Positions 37,575 to 51,196 are shown, numbered from the stretch's first letter. The stretch: DNA of 64,000 nt from Torpedo marmorata (GCA_977017645.1 OZ360222.1:228904001-228968000), one strand, 5' to 3'. Translations and numbers: made by a program. Notes: generated from the letters alone by a model not told the origin.

Positions 37575-37939
37575 GAGTAAAACACGAAAGTCTGCAGTCA
37601 CCGTGATTGAAGTGAAAACACAATGCTGGAGAAACTCAGCAGGTCAAACAGTGTACGTTATATAGCAAAGATAAAGATACATAACCAATGTTTTGGACTT
37701 GAGCCCTTCATCAAGGTATGAGAGAACAAAGAGGAATTTTTTCAGGATAGGCATCCCTCGAAGAGATTTCGCAGAGTTTTGCACGAGACAGGAGTAAAAC
37801 ACGAAAGTCTGCAGACACCATAATTGAAGTAAAAACACAATGCTGGAGAAACTCAACAGGTCAATCAGTGTACTTTATATAGCAAAGATAAAGATACATA
37901 ACCAACATTTCGGGCGTGAGTCCTTCATCAAGGTATGAG
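37575..37939 (-). mobile_element. Tandem pair of Penelope termini (period 217 bp)
   Basis: GAGTAAAACACGAAAGTCTGCAG...CTTCATCAAGGTATGAG starting at 37575 and 37792. Confidence 0.85.
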
Positions 37940-40798
37940 AAGCATATTGGCAATTGGGAAGCATTGACTTGGGTTCTGTGCATGAAGAGCGTGGAAAGTC
38001 CAGGGGAAGAGGGGTAACCAGGAAAAGGATGAGAATTGGCCAAGAACTTCACTTGGCTCCAAACTCAAAGAATTCGAGCTTTAGGATGGAAGCCTTGAGA
38101 AATCCTTTGAGTACCAATGGTTGGTTTGCCAAGCACCTAACAATACCAACAACAGCCTACACATTTCAGGCTGTGGACAATTGCATTATATTTTACAAAG
38201 TAAACTTCAAACAAGTTTGCAGACCACTTTTTAACACTGAAGAGTCACCCATTTGAGCCAGAAATGCGGTATTTTTTTCTTCTAGAGATTTGTGAGTCTT
38301 TGAACATGTTTAAGTCAGAAGGATATGTTTTTGATAAGCAAGGGGGTAGATAGGAATGTACTGTTAAGATTACAATCAAATGCCCATGATCTTATTGAAT
38401 GGAAGAGTAAGTTCAAAGGACCAAGTGGCCAACTCCGAATTGTATGTTTGTGAGCCATCTACCATGTTAGACTCCAAGGTGTCCTGTTTATGCCTGTTAA
38501 ATATGCACAGCATGATGCAATTTCAAGGCATACATTTTTACAAAACCTATTGGTGAAAGTAGTTTCACAAAATGTATCCTCTGATTGATCACTTTGAAAG
38601 CACGAGTCTTGCAAAATGTATTACTGCTTGATTACCTGTTTCATTGTTCTTTATTTTTACACAGATAAAGCAGCACCTCTAACTGCAACATGATTAACAA
38701 GATGAGCTTCATTTCTGTGATGAATCACAGCCTGTGTTTCGGTATCTACCACAAACAAAAGTTTTAATTGCAGTGCACATATTACTGCCACTCAGGAATG
38801 TTGTGTGGATTTATTTCATCTTTAAAATCAAACTGTCAATTTCAAAATAAAGCATTTCCTTCAATTTGCCTGAGTTTTCTGCCTCTGGTGAAACAGAACT
38901 ATCTTTGGAAGATATGCCATGTATTTTGATGATTACGCTGAGAGTTGTAAACAAAATGGACAATTTTACATTTTTTAATGTATTTGTTCTAATGTAATGT
39001 TAATTTCTTTCATCAAACACAGATGATTTTTACAAGGAAATCAAAATAAACCTGTGTTTGGACAGTGGTTAACCTGGCCTACTGCGGCTTCAAGCATCTT
39101 TTTGACAGGTGTTATCAAATTTCTGGTCAAGTTTTATCTTGAGATATTTTGCTAATCTTCAATCAAAAAATGGGTGACTATTGTGACTTGCAGAATAACT
39201 CATTGTTTAACAAAGTTCCAAAACTCACATAGCTCAAGGTCCAGCTGTCCTTAGCCAAGGGAACAAACTTTTGTATTCCTCTTGGAAAATTTGCCCCTAT
39301 TCAGTAGGGCAGGTGTAACAAAACCATAGACCTGTTTATGGAAAACATGCTCATGATTTCAATGCACATTTGAAAGGCTGGTGATAACGCATATCACCTC
39401 CTGTCTGAGCGGTGACATGGATCCATTCCAGTTTGCCTATTGGAGAAACAGGTCTACGGCGGATGCCATCTCACTGGCTCTACACAAAGCCCTGGAACAC
39501 CTGAACAGCAAAGATGCATACATCAGGATGCTCTTTATCAACTACATTTTGACATTTAACACCATCATCCCCTCAAAACTGATCAGCAAACTCCAAGACC
39601 TGGGGGTTAACACCCCACTGTGTAATTGGATCATGGATTTCCTCACCTTCAGACCACAATCAGTGAAGATTGGTAAGAACTTCTCCCCCACAATCTCCAT
39701 CAGTACCGGAGAACCCCTGCTCTACTCACTTTACACCTACGACTGTGTAGCTCGGTACGACAATAACACCATCCACAAATTTGCCGACGATACCATGGTA
39801 GTGGGTTGTATAAAGGAAGGGGATGAGTCAGCATACAGGATGGAGATTGAAAACTTGGCTGAATGGTGCACCAACAACAACCTTGCACCCAATGTCACCA
39901 AAACTAAGGAGCTGATTGTTGACTTCAGGAAAGGAAAGCCAGAGGTATACAATCCAGTGATTATTGGGGGATCAGAGGTGGAGAGGGTGAACAAATTTAG
40001 GTTCTTGGGAGTCACTATCTTGGAAGATCTTTCCTGGACCCAACACACCAATGGCATCATGAAGAAAGCACATCAGCACCTCTACTTCCTCAGGAGTTTG
40101 CGGAGGTTTGGTATGACATCAGAAACCCTGGCAAATTTCTACAGAGGTGTGGTGGAAAGTGTGCTGACCGGCTGTATCGCGGTCTGGTATGGGAACACCA
40201 GTACTCCTGAGTGTAAAGCCCTCCAAAAGGTAGTGGACACAGCCCAGGACATCACAGGCAAAACCCTCCCCACTATTGAGTATATCTACAGGGAACGCTG
40301 CCGTCGGAGAGCAACAGCAATTATCAAAGACCCACACCACCCAGCACATGCTCTGTTTTCACTGCTGCCATCAGGAAAGAGGTAAAGGTGCCACAAGACT
40401 CGCACCACCAGGTTCAAGAACAGTTGCTACCCTTCCACCATCAGACTCCTCAACGACAAACTCAATCAGATATGCTTTTTACACAGCCACTTCGTTCCGG
40501 GACATTTTCTCCTTTTTCCCGGAATGTGTGCTGTGTAAAAAGCATGGAAATGGAATGGGGGTGTCATTCCAGTCACGTCTTTTTACCGCAATGCGACCTA
40601 GTAAATTTCCCGGAATGCCTGCAGTGTAAACTGCACTTCAGGCATTCCGGGACCAACTCAGCTAATTAATATGACGTTGCGATGACGTTTGATGACGCGT
40701 AATGTGCGCGATGTTTCAGCGCGAGATTTGAAACCAACAGTCAGTCAGCTATCAGCATCGAACAGCCAAAAGTCAGTTCACAGCATCCAACGACCACG

Positions 40799-41040
40799 AT
40801 GTCTGCCAACTGGAGTGATTCTGAGATCCGCGAGCTCCTCACCATCCGTGCGGAGAATGAAATAAACCGCCACATAACGGGTACGGTGAGAGATGGACTG
40901 ATATTAGATCGGGTAGCATTAAAAATGAGAGAAAAGGGGGTTTAATCGCGACAAGTCCCAGGTGATTAGCAAGCTTAAATGCCTGCGTAGGAGGTACGAT
41001 CAGGTAAATGACCACAATGGCCGGAGTGGCAGGGGACCTC
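40799..41040 (+). pseudogene. Harbinger Myb/SANT-like DNA-binding protein, frameshifted and truncated
   Basis: Manual translation MSANWSDSEIRELLTIRAENEINRHITGTVRDGLILDRVALKMREKG / NRDKSQVISKLKCLR. Confidence 0.8.
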
Positions 41041-41210
41041 ATGCAACACTCAGACGAGGCATATGAGTCTTTTCAATCACTCTCGTCCTCCTCCCTCCTC
41101 CCTCCTCCAGCTGCTGCAGTAATGTGACTTTTGCAAGTGGTCATCGATGAATGGTTTTATTGCACAGTTGTAAATAGTTAAATGCAGTTGAATTAAGATT
41201 CTGTATTTGC

Positions 41211-41734
41211 GGAGGTATTAAAAGAATTAGTATTAAGATGAAATTAAATATGTATCAAATAGAATTTTTGCGAATTGCTTTAGCTGTTTCTAAGAAATGC
41301 ATTGCTATTACATGGAAATCTGATGTAGATTTAGGGTTAGAAAGATGGCATGCAGAACTTCGTTCATGTATACCACTTGAAAAAATTACATATAATTTAC
41401 GTAATAAATATCATTTCTTTTTGAAAATTTGGAGCCCATATATGAAAACTGTGGGTTTAAGGATTTGAAGATCTCTAGACATCGGACCTGACTGGCGAAC
41501 CTATCCTCCACAATAAAATCAGTTTATAGATGTGTTTTTTAGATTGACATTCTCCTTATTCTATCTTTTTCTTTCTTTTTTTATTTTTATTTTAGTAGAT
41601 TAGTAGGGATGGGAGGGTTAGGGAGGGGAGGGAGGGAGGACGGGGGTGAAAATGTATCACATGTATTTTGATAATTTCATATTTTACCTTATGTATTTTG
41701 TAATTTAAAATTTTAAATAAAATATTTTTTTTTA
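41211..41734 (+). mobile_element. L1 3' fragment inside Harbinger
   Basis: ORF 41238-41468 matches L1 ORF2 end; 16-bp TSD AAGATTCTGTATTTGC at 41195-41210 and 41735-41750. Confidence 0.93.
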
Positions 41735-41874
41735 AAGATTCTGTATTTGCACAGTTGTAAATAGTTAAATGAAGGTGAATTAAAAGTTTTTATTTTCGTT
41801 TACATGTCTCCTGTTCACTACTATTCTATGACAAGTACACTAGATACATCTACTAAAAGCTGTCATTTACTAGT

Positions 41875-43382
41875 TTAATTTCTTAACAGAAGGGACATAA
41901 TTGCCTCACGGATCACCTGGAGACTGTGTGCTTGTGCACCCTGATAAGCAACCCACTCAGGCTCCTCAGGGAGATCAGGTAGATCATTGTTCCACTCAGG
42001 CAAGAAGTGTTCCTTGTTGATCTCACATATATTGTGTAGAACACAACAGGCAACAACTACGTCTGATACAAAAGTGGTACAAATATCAAGTCGCTTGGCC
42101 AGGTACCTCCAGCGACCTTTGAGACGTCTGAATGAATTTTCCTTCACAATCCTTTCCGAGTTCAAATGGAAGTTGATTGAGTGCGTTGTGGTTAGTGAAC
42201 CCCTTCATCAACCACTTCCTCAGTGGGTAAGCTGGGTTTCCAATTAGATGCACGGGAATCTCCACTCCGTTAACAGTTTTGGAGGCAGAACAATGTAGAT
42301 GTATAAGTGGCTTATGCACCCTCTGAGAAAGACACATAAATCACTGTACAGTGGGGTACATTAACCTACTTCACGTGGGAAGAGGTACCCGCCTTGTTCC
42401 TCGGCCTTTCTGTAGATAGGCGAGTTGGCTAAAACTCGAGCATCATGGGTGCACCCAGGCCAACCCACATACACATCTATGAAGCTGGAACAACAAGAAG
42501 TCTGTGTTTAGATAGACATATGAAACACATTAATTAATAAAAAGCAATAATTGTAACTTAGGGCATGATCCTTACCAGTAGTTGTGGTCTACAACCGCCT
42601 GTAGAACAATGGAGTGCCCGCCTTTCCTATTGTAGTAGGCTAGTGGGTCCTCATGGGGGGCGATGATGGGAATATGTGTGCCATCAATGGCACCAGCACA
42701 CATTGGATACCCCCATTCTGAAAATGCGTCCATTGTCTCCTGGAGTCGTGCACCACTCGGCAGGTCAACAAAACGTTTAAGTAGGGCCCTCTTCAATGCT
42801 CCAGTAACTTAGTGTACCAACACACACACACACAGTGGCCACACCGACACCAAAAATACAACTGATGGATCGATATTCACATGGGGTAGCATACCACCAT
42901 ACAGCAACGGCGAATCTAAGCCGAGGTTCCAGAGGTTGTCGCCAGTTTGTTGTCTTGCGCCTCAGATGTGGCTCAACGAGTTCCAATACAAAGTCAAAAG
43001 TGTCCCGAGACATACGGAAATGAGCCCTCCACTCATCTTCATCAAAATTGTTTAGGACATTAGATCAGAACACGGGCCCGTGTGGTCTCTCTCTCCTCCA
43101 CATTTTTCTATCCGACAGCACCGCAAATTGACTCACAAGAAGGAAATGTCTCCATCTACGGTGTCTAAGGTCCGCGCGCGTTTCTGTCTTAAACTGCTCC
43201 CTGCTTCTCTTCAAATTCTCTTCCAATGTATTTCTGATCACACGAATACATTGCTCGCACGGATTCTGCGTCCATCTGCGCATCATGAAGTCATGCATGA
43301 TGCGCAGGAAATTAGCCTGGGCTCGAAGAGTGCTGTACATGTTCACTGCTAGCACCATAAGCACATCAAGATCTACCGCCAT
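41875..43382 (-). pseudogene. Harbinger DDE transposase (HARBI1-family), intron-containing, disrupted
   Basis: FRMSRDTF, GAIDGTHIPI, YYNRKG.HSIVLQAVVDH, GT-AG intron 42485-42575, VGWPG.THDARV, LIGNPAYP (GDxAYP with D>N), E..F.RLKGRWR. Confidence 0.9.
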
Positions 43383-43877
43383 TTTGTTTTGTTTCGAAGG
43401 ATATGTCGGACGCGTATGTTATACATCACAGTCGACGTCGACGCAGTGGAGTTACACTTCCTGCCTCTTTTGATACCACAATGCCCGCTTGCTGTGTAAA
43501 AAGGCACACTGACCCGTAAAATTGCAGGTTTTGCTCGTTCCAGTGTGAACGACCAATGCCGGCATATTGGAGGGTCTTCATTACGGAAATATCGTGGGAT
43601 TGCTGTGTAAAAAACATAAGTGACTCATTTAAGGACTCTTACTTGTTCACTTCATGATTTTCTTTTGTTCTCTCTGTATTGAACAGACAGTTTGTTTACA
43701 TTCGTTATCTGTTTATACAGTTCTTTTATTTGTTTACATGTTTACACTGTGTAGTGTTTCTTTTTTGCACTACCAATTAATGGTAATTCTGCGGCGGCGC
43801 CCGCAGAAAAAAAGGAATCTCAGGGTTGTATGTGATGTCATGTATGTACTCTTAACAATAAATCTGAAATCTGACAC

Positions 43878-44192
43878 TAGCCCTTTTTACACTGAAAAGC
43901 CGCATTATTGCCGTATACACGACCCGTCTCTGGAAGCCGGCTTGCTTGTTCACATAGAACAGAAAAAAGCTGGGTCGGTGAGTCCTTTTACACAGCAAGC
44001 CGGCTTCCCGAAGCAAAAGAGGCGGGACGTGCAGTACAGGCCTGCTCCATCTCTGACACTACCTACCTTGGCGGATAAAAGCCGGGTAAGTTCAGACCCC
44101 CCCCAATCCGCCTTCGATGCGTTCACACAGCTAGGTGAAGCGCTCGAAAGGCACATAATACCCGGCTTTAATCGTCTGTGTAAAAGGGGATA
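43878..44192. mobile_element. Harbinger-related MITE
   Basis: TIRs TAGCCCTTTTTACAC / GTGTAAAAGGGGATA; interior resembles the reverse complement of 43455-43600; TSD not clear. Confidence 0.75.
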
Positions 44193-47097
44193 TAGTTTCA
44201 AGCATGAATTTTTGTACATGAAGAGCAACATACAATTGTAATCATGCATACGTACAAACATTTCAGAACATACTACAATTTCTTCTACAACAGTTACAAC
44301 ATTGGAAAAATAAGTTTGCTATAATAATGTGGTGTAAGTGCCAACAGAAATATAATTATCAAATCATAATGCGGTTTTGAATTCCACATGAATTCTTTTT
44401 CATTGATGTTTGGCTGACATCCATCTGCTAGTGATATGTTAACCACACTGCTGATGAGAAAAACACACTGTTGTATGCAACAGCTGTTATTCAAACGTTA
44501 TTTCTTTTTTTACATGCACAGATGGGGAGGGAGGGGTGGAAGTGGTAGTCAGTAGGGGCAGTTCACTACTTACTGTTTGCCATAGATTTAAGACAAGCCC
44601 CAGTCCCCTGAAAGTTAATTGTGTCTTTGCCCCTGAAGCAGGTGCTTTTCTCTGCCTCTGTATTCATGTTTCGACTTGTCTCTTGTAATAATAGTGCAAT
44701 CCACTGTAAGTACTAGATCCAAGGCAACACACAGGGAATGAAGCTTTGCATCTAGCCATCTAAAAGAATTCTCACTCTCCAATTGAATTTAAACAAATGA
44801 GCTTATTTGGTGACTGAAATAAAGCAGCAAACTGAAGTGTCAAATAACATTTAGCTCAACAATGAAAATGACTTCAAACAGATTGAAACTCAGATTCTCA
44901 ACATCACAAAAGGATTAATCATACATTCCACAAAGCAATTTATACTAAATCTGTTAATAATCTATATCTTCATGACTGAACACAACATCAGATTTTACTA
45001 TCACATTTATTCATTTATGTACCAATAACCTAGCAGATAAAGGTTCATTCTGCTCGACTCCTGCAGTGACTCCAATGTCTTGATATACAACATTAAATCA
45101 CTGGCCAAAAGCCCTGCTTAAACCAAGAGTTACTTATATTGGCAGTAAAACTATATATTAGAGTCTCAATTGCCTTATTGTTGATTATCTGAACCCATCA
45201 GATGTGGCAATAAAAATAGAATTTACATAGTTATAAACATTCTCAGTATCCTCTAAATATTTATATGAGTCAAGCTAATAACCACTGTTAAACTTGTTCT
45301 AGGAATGGAAACAGAACAAATGGCAAGGCAAATGCTTGGAATTTCCTGTTGGATTCAGGATTCCCAAATGGTTTGCTTGACTGGCCTGAGACCAATACAC
45401 TTGGCAGGAGCACTGTAATAATTTGCAATATATACTTTCCTCATGGTCTAGTTGTAGTAAAAGGACATTTAATGCATTGAAACACTTGGATGAATAAATA
45501 ATGTCATTCTTTAGAGACTAGTGCTATCTTATCTCCCTTGATGAATAACAAGAAATACAATAATATTTTACTTTCTTTAGGATCTCAGACATTTTCATTG
45601 TTCGTTAAAACAAACTAAATTGAAGCCCAAAAGCAGGCTAAGATTAAACCTAAATGTGCAGTTTCTTAATAGCAAGTTACTTCAGTGAAGCCTGAAAAGA
45701 TTCACTGCAGATCAACCAGTCCACCACTGTGCTGGCAATTGCTTAAAATAATTTGTCTATTAAGCAAAGAATTAACTTGAAAAGTTATCTCATTGTAAGG
45801 AGTGCAAAGCACAAACCTCATATTTATTTTGGCAGTTCTTAGTCATTCTAAGCATAGTTAAAATAAGCAAAGGATGAATTGTGTATAAAATGTCATTGAA
45901 CTACTATTGAAAGAATTAGCAGCTGTCGTCACAATAGCAATGATTCGGAGTCGTTTATATCTGTGATAGTGATCAGATTGTGTACAAGTTAGATGGTACA
46001 TTTTTGGCAGATTGACGAGATATGATTGAAGTCATGTGCTGGGTTATGAGCAAACGGGAACTGAGGTTTTGTGGATTTACTCAGAGACAGTTTGCGAGAA
46101 GCAAACAATATGATATATGTAGAAGCCCTTTTGTTCCATTTTGTTTTGATCCTAAGTGCAGTTTCTGTTTCAGGTTCTTCCTATCAAATTTTTCATTTTT
46201 ACTTTCAGTTTTATTTGGGTGCCACCCTAACACAGCCGACCAAATTCTCCAGACTGTTGTCACTATTGACAAGTTGATATCGTGCTGTGTGGCTTACTAA
46301 CTTAGATTTTCTTTCTGTTAGAATTCTTGTTCAGTATTTTTGATCTGCAAACAGCATCCATGTCCCATCCACAGACATGTCCAGAATTGAATCAGGAATG
46401 AGAGGTCAATATTCTCAGTATTTGCCACTTATGATGATGATGATGATGAGCTCATTGAACAAAGGTTATTTGATCTCCACATATACCACCTACCATCTTA
46501 TCAACTTTATTCAATCTCATGGTCAAATGTATATTTTCAGAAATGTTAAAAGTTCAATCCATTGTTCTCCGACCTGCCCCTTTTTAGCATGTTTAGTTTT
46601 GAACTAAAATGGATCTGTCCCCAAAATATTAGTGCTGCCAGCTGGAATAAATTAGGGGATATTTTCAATCCCTCTGGTGAAAGGATTCCTACCCACGTAA
46701 AACTGATTATTGCATTTTAGTTCCATTTGAATGAGGATTTATGTCATGGAACAAGGTTCACATGTTTTCATGAGAGGTTGCAGTTAAGTTGCTGTACTTT
46801 TTGATAGCCATATTGAATGTTAATTGTCTTCACGCTCCACTCCACCCACCCACCCAAAGCCTTGTTCCTTTCTCACCACTCATTCCCTGCTCCAAGAACA
46901 TGCTCCCTTCAAGAAAATGGACAAACTGTTTGATGTATGGTCACCAAGATCCTTTAAAAGCAATGCCTTGAAAGGTAGCCTGGGTCAGCATCCCACATTG
47001 GGAATTAGGGTAAATACCTTGCAACTTCTGACTCTGATCCAGAATGTTTTTTAAATTTTTAATTAATTTAATGATATAGCACAGTAGGAGGCCTTAC

Positions 47098-47240
47098 TGT
47101 TATGTACACGCCTACAGATGACGTTCTGACTGATATATACTGTGTGTGGCGGGAGAACCATTTTTCAGATTTGTATTAAACGACTAACGAAGCATCATGA
47201 CTTTGTCTGCAGTGTATTTCTTAACATAGAATACATGATA
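47098..47240 (+). repeat. 5' LTR (143 bp)
   Basis: TGTTATGTA...TACATGATA; matches 55169-55337 except 5 substitutions and a 26-bp gap. Confidence 0.95.
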
Positions 47241-47243
47241 GAT

Positions 47244-47256
47244 TGGCGACGAGGAT
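47244..47256 (+). promoter_or_regulatory. Primer binding site, probably tRNA-Ser(GCT)
   Basis: TGGCGACGAGGAT, complementary to the vertebrate tRNA-Ser(GCT) 3' end ...ATCCTCGTCGCCA. Confidence 0.8.
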
Positions 47257-47406
47257 TCAAATGGACCTCCCCTGGGCTCCAGATATTGGAGTGAAGATTT
47301 AAAAAGGAATGTTAGCAGAATTGGCAGGAAGCCCAGAAGATGTTTTTTGTAAACAATAGATAAAGAAGCTTGTTAGAAAAGCTAAAGAAGAAGAGAAAAA
47401 CTCAGA

Positions 47407-50400
47407 ATGGCTGAAGCACCGTTTGGAAAGTTCATGGACTCCGAAGAAAACTGGTATGACTATGTAGAGCGATTTGATCATCACTGTCTTGCCTATAATA
47501 TTACTGAGACTCCGCCGTTCAACCGAAAACGATCGCTATTTCTAAGCCAGATGGGAAGTAAGACATTTCAACTGGTAAAATATTTAATAGCACCTGAAAG
47601 ACCAGGAACAAAAAGTTATGCAGAGTTGTGTGGTATAATAGGGGCACATCTAAGCCCCAAACCACCTGTAATGGCAGAAAGACAAAGATTTTATTTCAGA
47701 AAATAGAGAACAGGTGAATCGGTAAGCGAATTTTTGGCTGAATTACGTAAACTTTTACAACATTGTGAGTTTGGAGAATTCTTAACCGAAGCCTTAAGAG
47801 ACTGATTAGTTATGGGTTTAGCAGCCGCAGTACCAGACAATGATTACTAAGTCAAAAACAAGTAACACTTGATTCAGCATATGATACAGCCTTGGGTTTC
47901 GAAATGGCCGATAATAACTTGGACATTAGCCAAGGCGATCCACTAGTGGTGGGCAGATTTTCCCGCCAAGAATGCTTTCGCTGCGGGAAATGCAATCACA
48001 GTCCTGATAATTGTTATTTTAAGAGATCAAAATGCCATCTGTGTGATAAACAGGGTCACATCAGATCCAAATGTCCAAGAAACAAAGGTAAAAAGGATAG
48101 AAAGAAAGGACTGAAATATGGAAAGCATTCACCCGGAGTAAGGGCGGTGGAAGAGAAGGATGAAAATACCAGCACCAGCACTGAAACAAATGACTCGGAA
48201 GAAGACAAAACAGTGCAAGTCATGTATGTTCGCGGATTGAACAATAAAAAATCGGAATTCTACGTCGAAGTGAAAATTAATAACGAACCTATTCGAATGG
48301 AGTTGGACACAGGGGCAGCAGTGTCGTTAATGCCACTATATTTAAAAAGACGACTGCTACCCCAGCTCACCATTAAAGAGGTCGACACGGTGTTAAAAAC
48401 AGTTACGGGGGAGAAGGTCAAGGTGTTTGGAAAAGGCAACGTAAACATGAAATATAAAGATCAAACACCGAAAAGGTTAACCCTCTACATCGTTGACACC
48501 AAGGGGCCCGCGCTGTTCGGAAGGAACTGGCTGTCACACATTCAACTAGACTGGATGGAAATTGGATCCATAATGAACTTAGGCCTGGAAGATAAGGCCA
48601 AGCAACAACTTGAGCCAGTTCTCAAGAAATACCAAACAGTTTTCGAAAAAAACCTGGGAGAAATCCAAGGAGTCCAGGCAAAATTACACCTGAAGTCAGA
48701 GGTGGAACCAAAGTTCTTTAAACCCAGAACAGTACCATTTGCAATAAAAGAAAAAATTGAATCAGAATTCCAGAGATTGGAAAAAGACGGAATACTGGAA
48801 AGAATCCAATACAGCGATTGGGCAGCACCCATCGTGCCAGTGCGCAAAGCCAACGGAGAAATCCGAATTTGCGGTGACTACAAAGTCACCATTAACCAAG
48901 CGTTGCAAATACCGGAACATCCTATGCCTAAAGCAGAAGAATCATTCCAAGCCCTGAACGGAGGAAAGAAATTTACAAAGCTGGACTTATCACAAGCATA
49001 CCAGCAAATAGAACTGGATGAAGACTCCAAGAAATATGTGGCAATCAATACTCACTTAGGGTTATTCACCTATACCCGAATGCCATATGGGATATCAGCA
49101 GCCCCGGTAATATTTCAAGCAACCATGGACAAATTATTACATGGCATTAATGTAGGATGTTACCCCGATGACATTATAATTACAGGCCAGGATGACGCTG
49201 AACACCTATCCAACCTAGAAAAAGTCCTAACGCGATTGCAACAAGCAAATGTCCATCTGCGCCGAGACAAGTATGTATTTATGGTACCTTCCGTAACATA
49301 TTTAGGCTTTACAATTAACAGTGAAGTAATCCGAATGGACACCGCAGGTACCGAAGCTGTCTGCAGAGCACCCTATCCCACAAATCGCGCCGAATTGCAG
49401 TCGTTCCTGGGTTTGGTTAACCATTATAGAAAGCACATCCCAAATATGTCAACTCTATGCAGCCCTCTTAACCAATTATTGAGAAAAGGCCAAAAATGGT
49501 GCTGGAATGAAGAGACTAGTCATGTGGTGGATTGCTTGAAAGAACTATTAATGTCATGCGACAATGCTCTCGTCCACTACGACCCAGGAAAAGAAGTGAC
49601 TCTTGCGGTGGATGCTTCACCAGTAGGATTAAGAGCAGTGTTGTCACAGATAACAGAAAAAGGAGAACAACCGGTTGCTTATGCCTCCCGGTCTTTGACG
49701 ACTTGTGAACGTAATTATGCACAACTGGAAAAAGAAGGGCTGGCCATAATATTTGTTGTCAAACGATTCCACCAATACTTATATGGCAGGAAATTTACCT
49801 TAGTAACAGACAACAAACCACTAAGTTTGATTCTAGGCCCTAAAAAGGGGATACCAGTGCTAGCTGCAACAAGAATTCAAAGGTGGGCCATGATGCTCGC
49901 CGCATATAATTACGATTTGAAACATAAACCAGCAACACAAAACAACCATGCTGATGCTCTGTTTCGCTTACTGCTACCAGAAATTGAACAAAAAGACGTG
50001 ATAATTAAATGGACGGCAGAAGCTACAGCTATTAATCAAGAATAATTTCACCGCTTACCAATTACGGCAAAGACGATCAGCAAAGAAGTACGGAAAAAAG
50101 CTACACTATCAAAAGTCCTATACTTCACATTAAATGGATGGCCCGAGGCCGAAGCTATTTCTGAAGAGCTAAGACCTTATTATACACGACGGCAGGAGAT
50201 ATCAATTGAAGAAGGTTGTTTATTGTGGGGAACCAGAACAATCATCCCGACAAAATGGCAGACGGCCATGTTATCCGAACTCCATAACAACCACCCCGGG
50301 ATGGTTCGGATGAAGGCATTGGCACGTATGCATGTCTGGTGGCCCTCAATAGGCATTGATATTGAACAAACAGTAAGAAGATGTGGCATTTGTCAAGATA

Positions 50401-51196
50401 TGCAACCCAAAGCTCCTCAAGCCGAAGCTAATCCATGGAAATGGCCATCACAACCATGGCACAGAATTCACATTGATTTTGCTGGTCCATTTATGGGAGA
50501 AAACTTCCTCATTGTTGTCGATGCACACTCTAAATGGCCAGTGGTATCCCACATGAAAAAAACAACAACAGACCAGACCATTGAAAGACTACGAAGTATA
50601 TTTGCATTATATGGATTGCCTCTTGAATTGGTTTCCGATAATGGTCCACAGTTTGTATCGGATGCTTTTAAAGTATTCCTATGTAATAATAATATACGAC
50701 ATGTCTTATCTGCACCCTACCACCCCAGCACTAATGGAGAAGCTGAACGTTTTGTGCAGACTTTCAAAAAAGCCATGAAAACTAAAAACTCCTAAACGCA
50801 TCATGGAATCACAAAATCGCAGATTTCCTATTAGGATATAGAAACACGCCCCACTCTACAACCAAAAGAACACTGGCTGAATTAATGTTTGGACGTAACT
50901 TAAGAACAAGACTTTCCACAGTACATCCGAACATCGGCCTTCTCATACAGCAATCCACGTCTCCAAGTAAACCTACCAGATCTCTAGAAGTGGGAGAGCG
51001 AGTACTGGAACGGGATTACCGAGACTCCAAAGAGCCGTGGATAAGAGGGGTTATTCTTAAAAAACTAAGTCCCTGTTCTTATTCTATACTGGTGGGAACT
51101 AAAATATGGAAACGACACATCGACCAGTTAAGAGCAGTAGATGATCCTATGGCCATGCCTTCGGCTCAAGATCCCGATGAGCTTCCAGATGAACTT
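47407..51196 (+). pseudogene. pol: gag-pol with stops and frameshifts
   Basis: Two CCHC knuckles, LDTGA protease, RICGDYK, YPDD (altered YxDD), VDAS RNase H, HPG...CGICQ and DFAGP/SDNG/EAER integrase. Confidence 0.93.

Larger units (their letters stand above)
40471..43618. mobile_element. PIF/Harbinger DNA transposon (two convergent genes, inactive)
   Basis: 17-bp TIRs TATGCTTTTTACACAGC / GCTGTGTAAAAAACATA; flanks AGA/AGT (imperfect 3-bp TSD); Myb-like ORF on plus, DDE transposase on minus. Confidence 0.92.
39370..43875 (+). mobile_element. 5'-truncated Rex1-like LINE (family 2), 3' UTR split by Harbinger
   Basis: ORF 39381-40385 (DPFQFAY, KFADD, RFLGV, DPHHPAHALF); UTR resumes at 43619 and ends AATAAATCTGAAATCTGA. 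Confidence 0.9.

Noticed and set aside
41875-43382. Domesticated host gene HARBI1
   Set aside because: Flanked by TIRs, paired with a Myb ORF, inserted in a LINE UTR, and carries stops, frameshifts and a catalytic D>N change.
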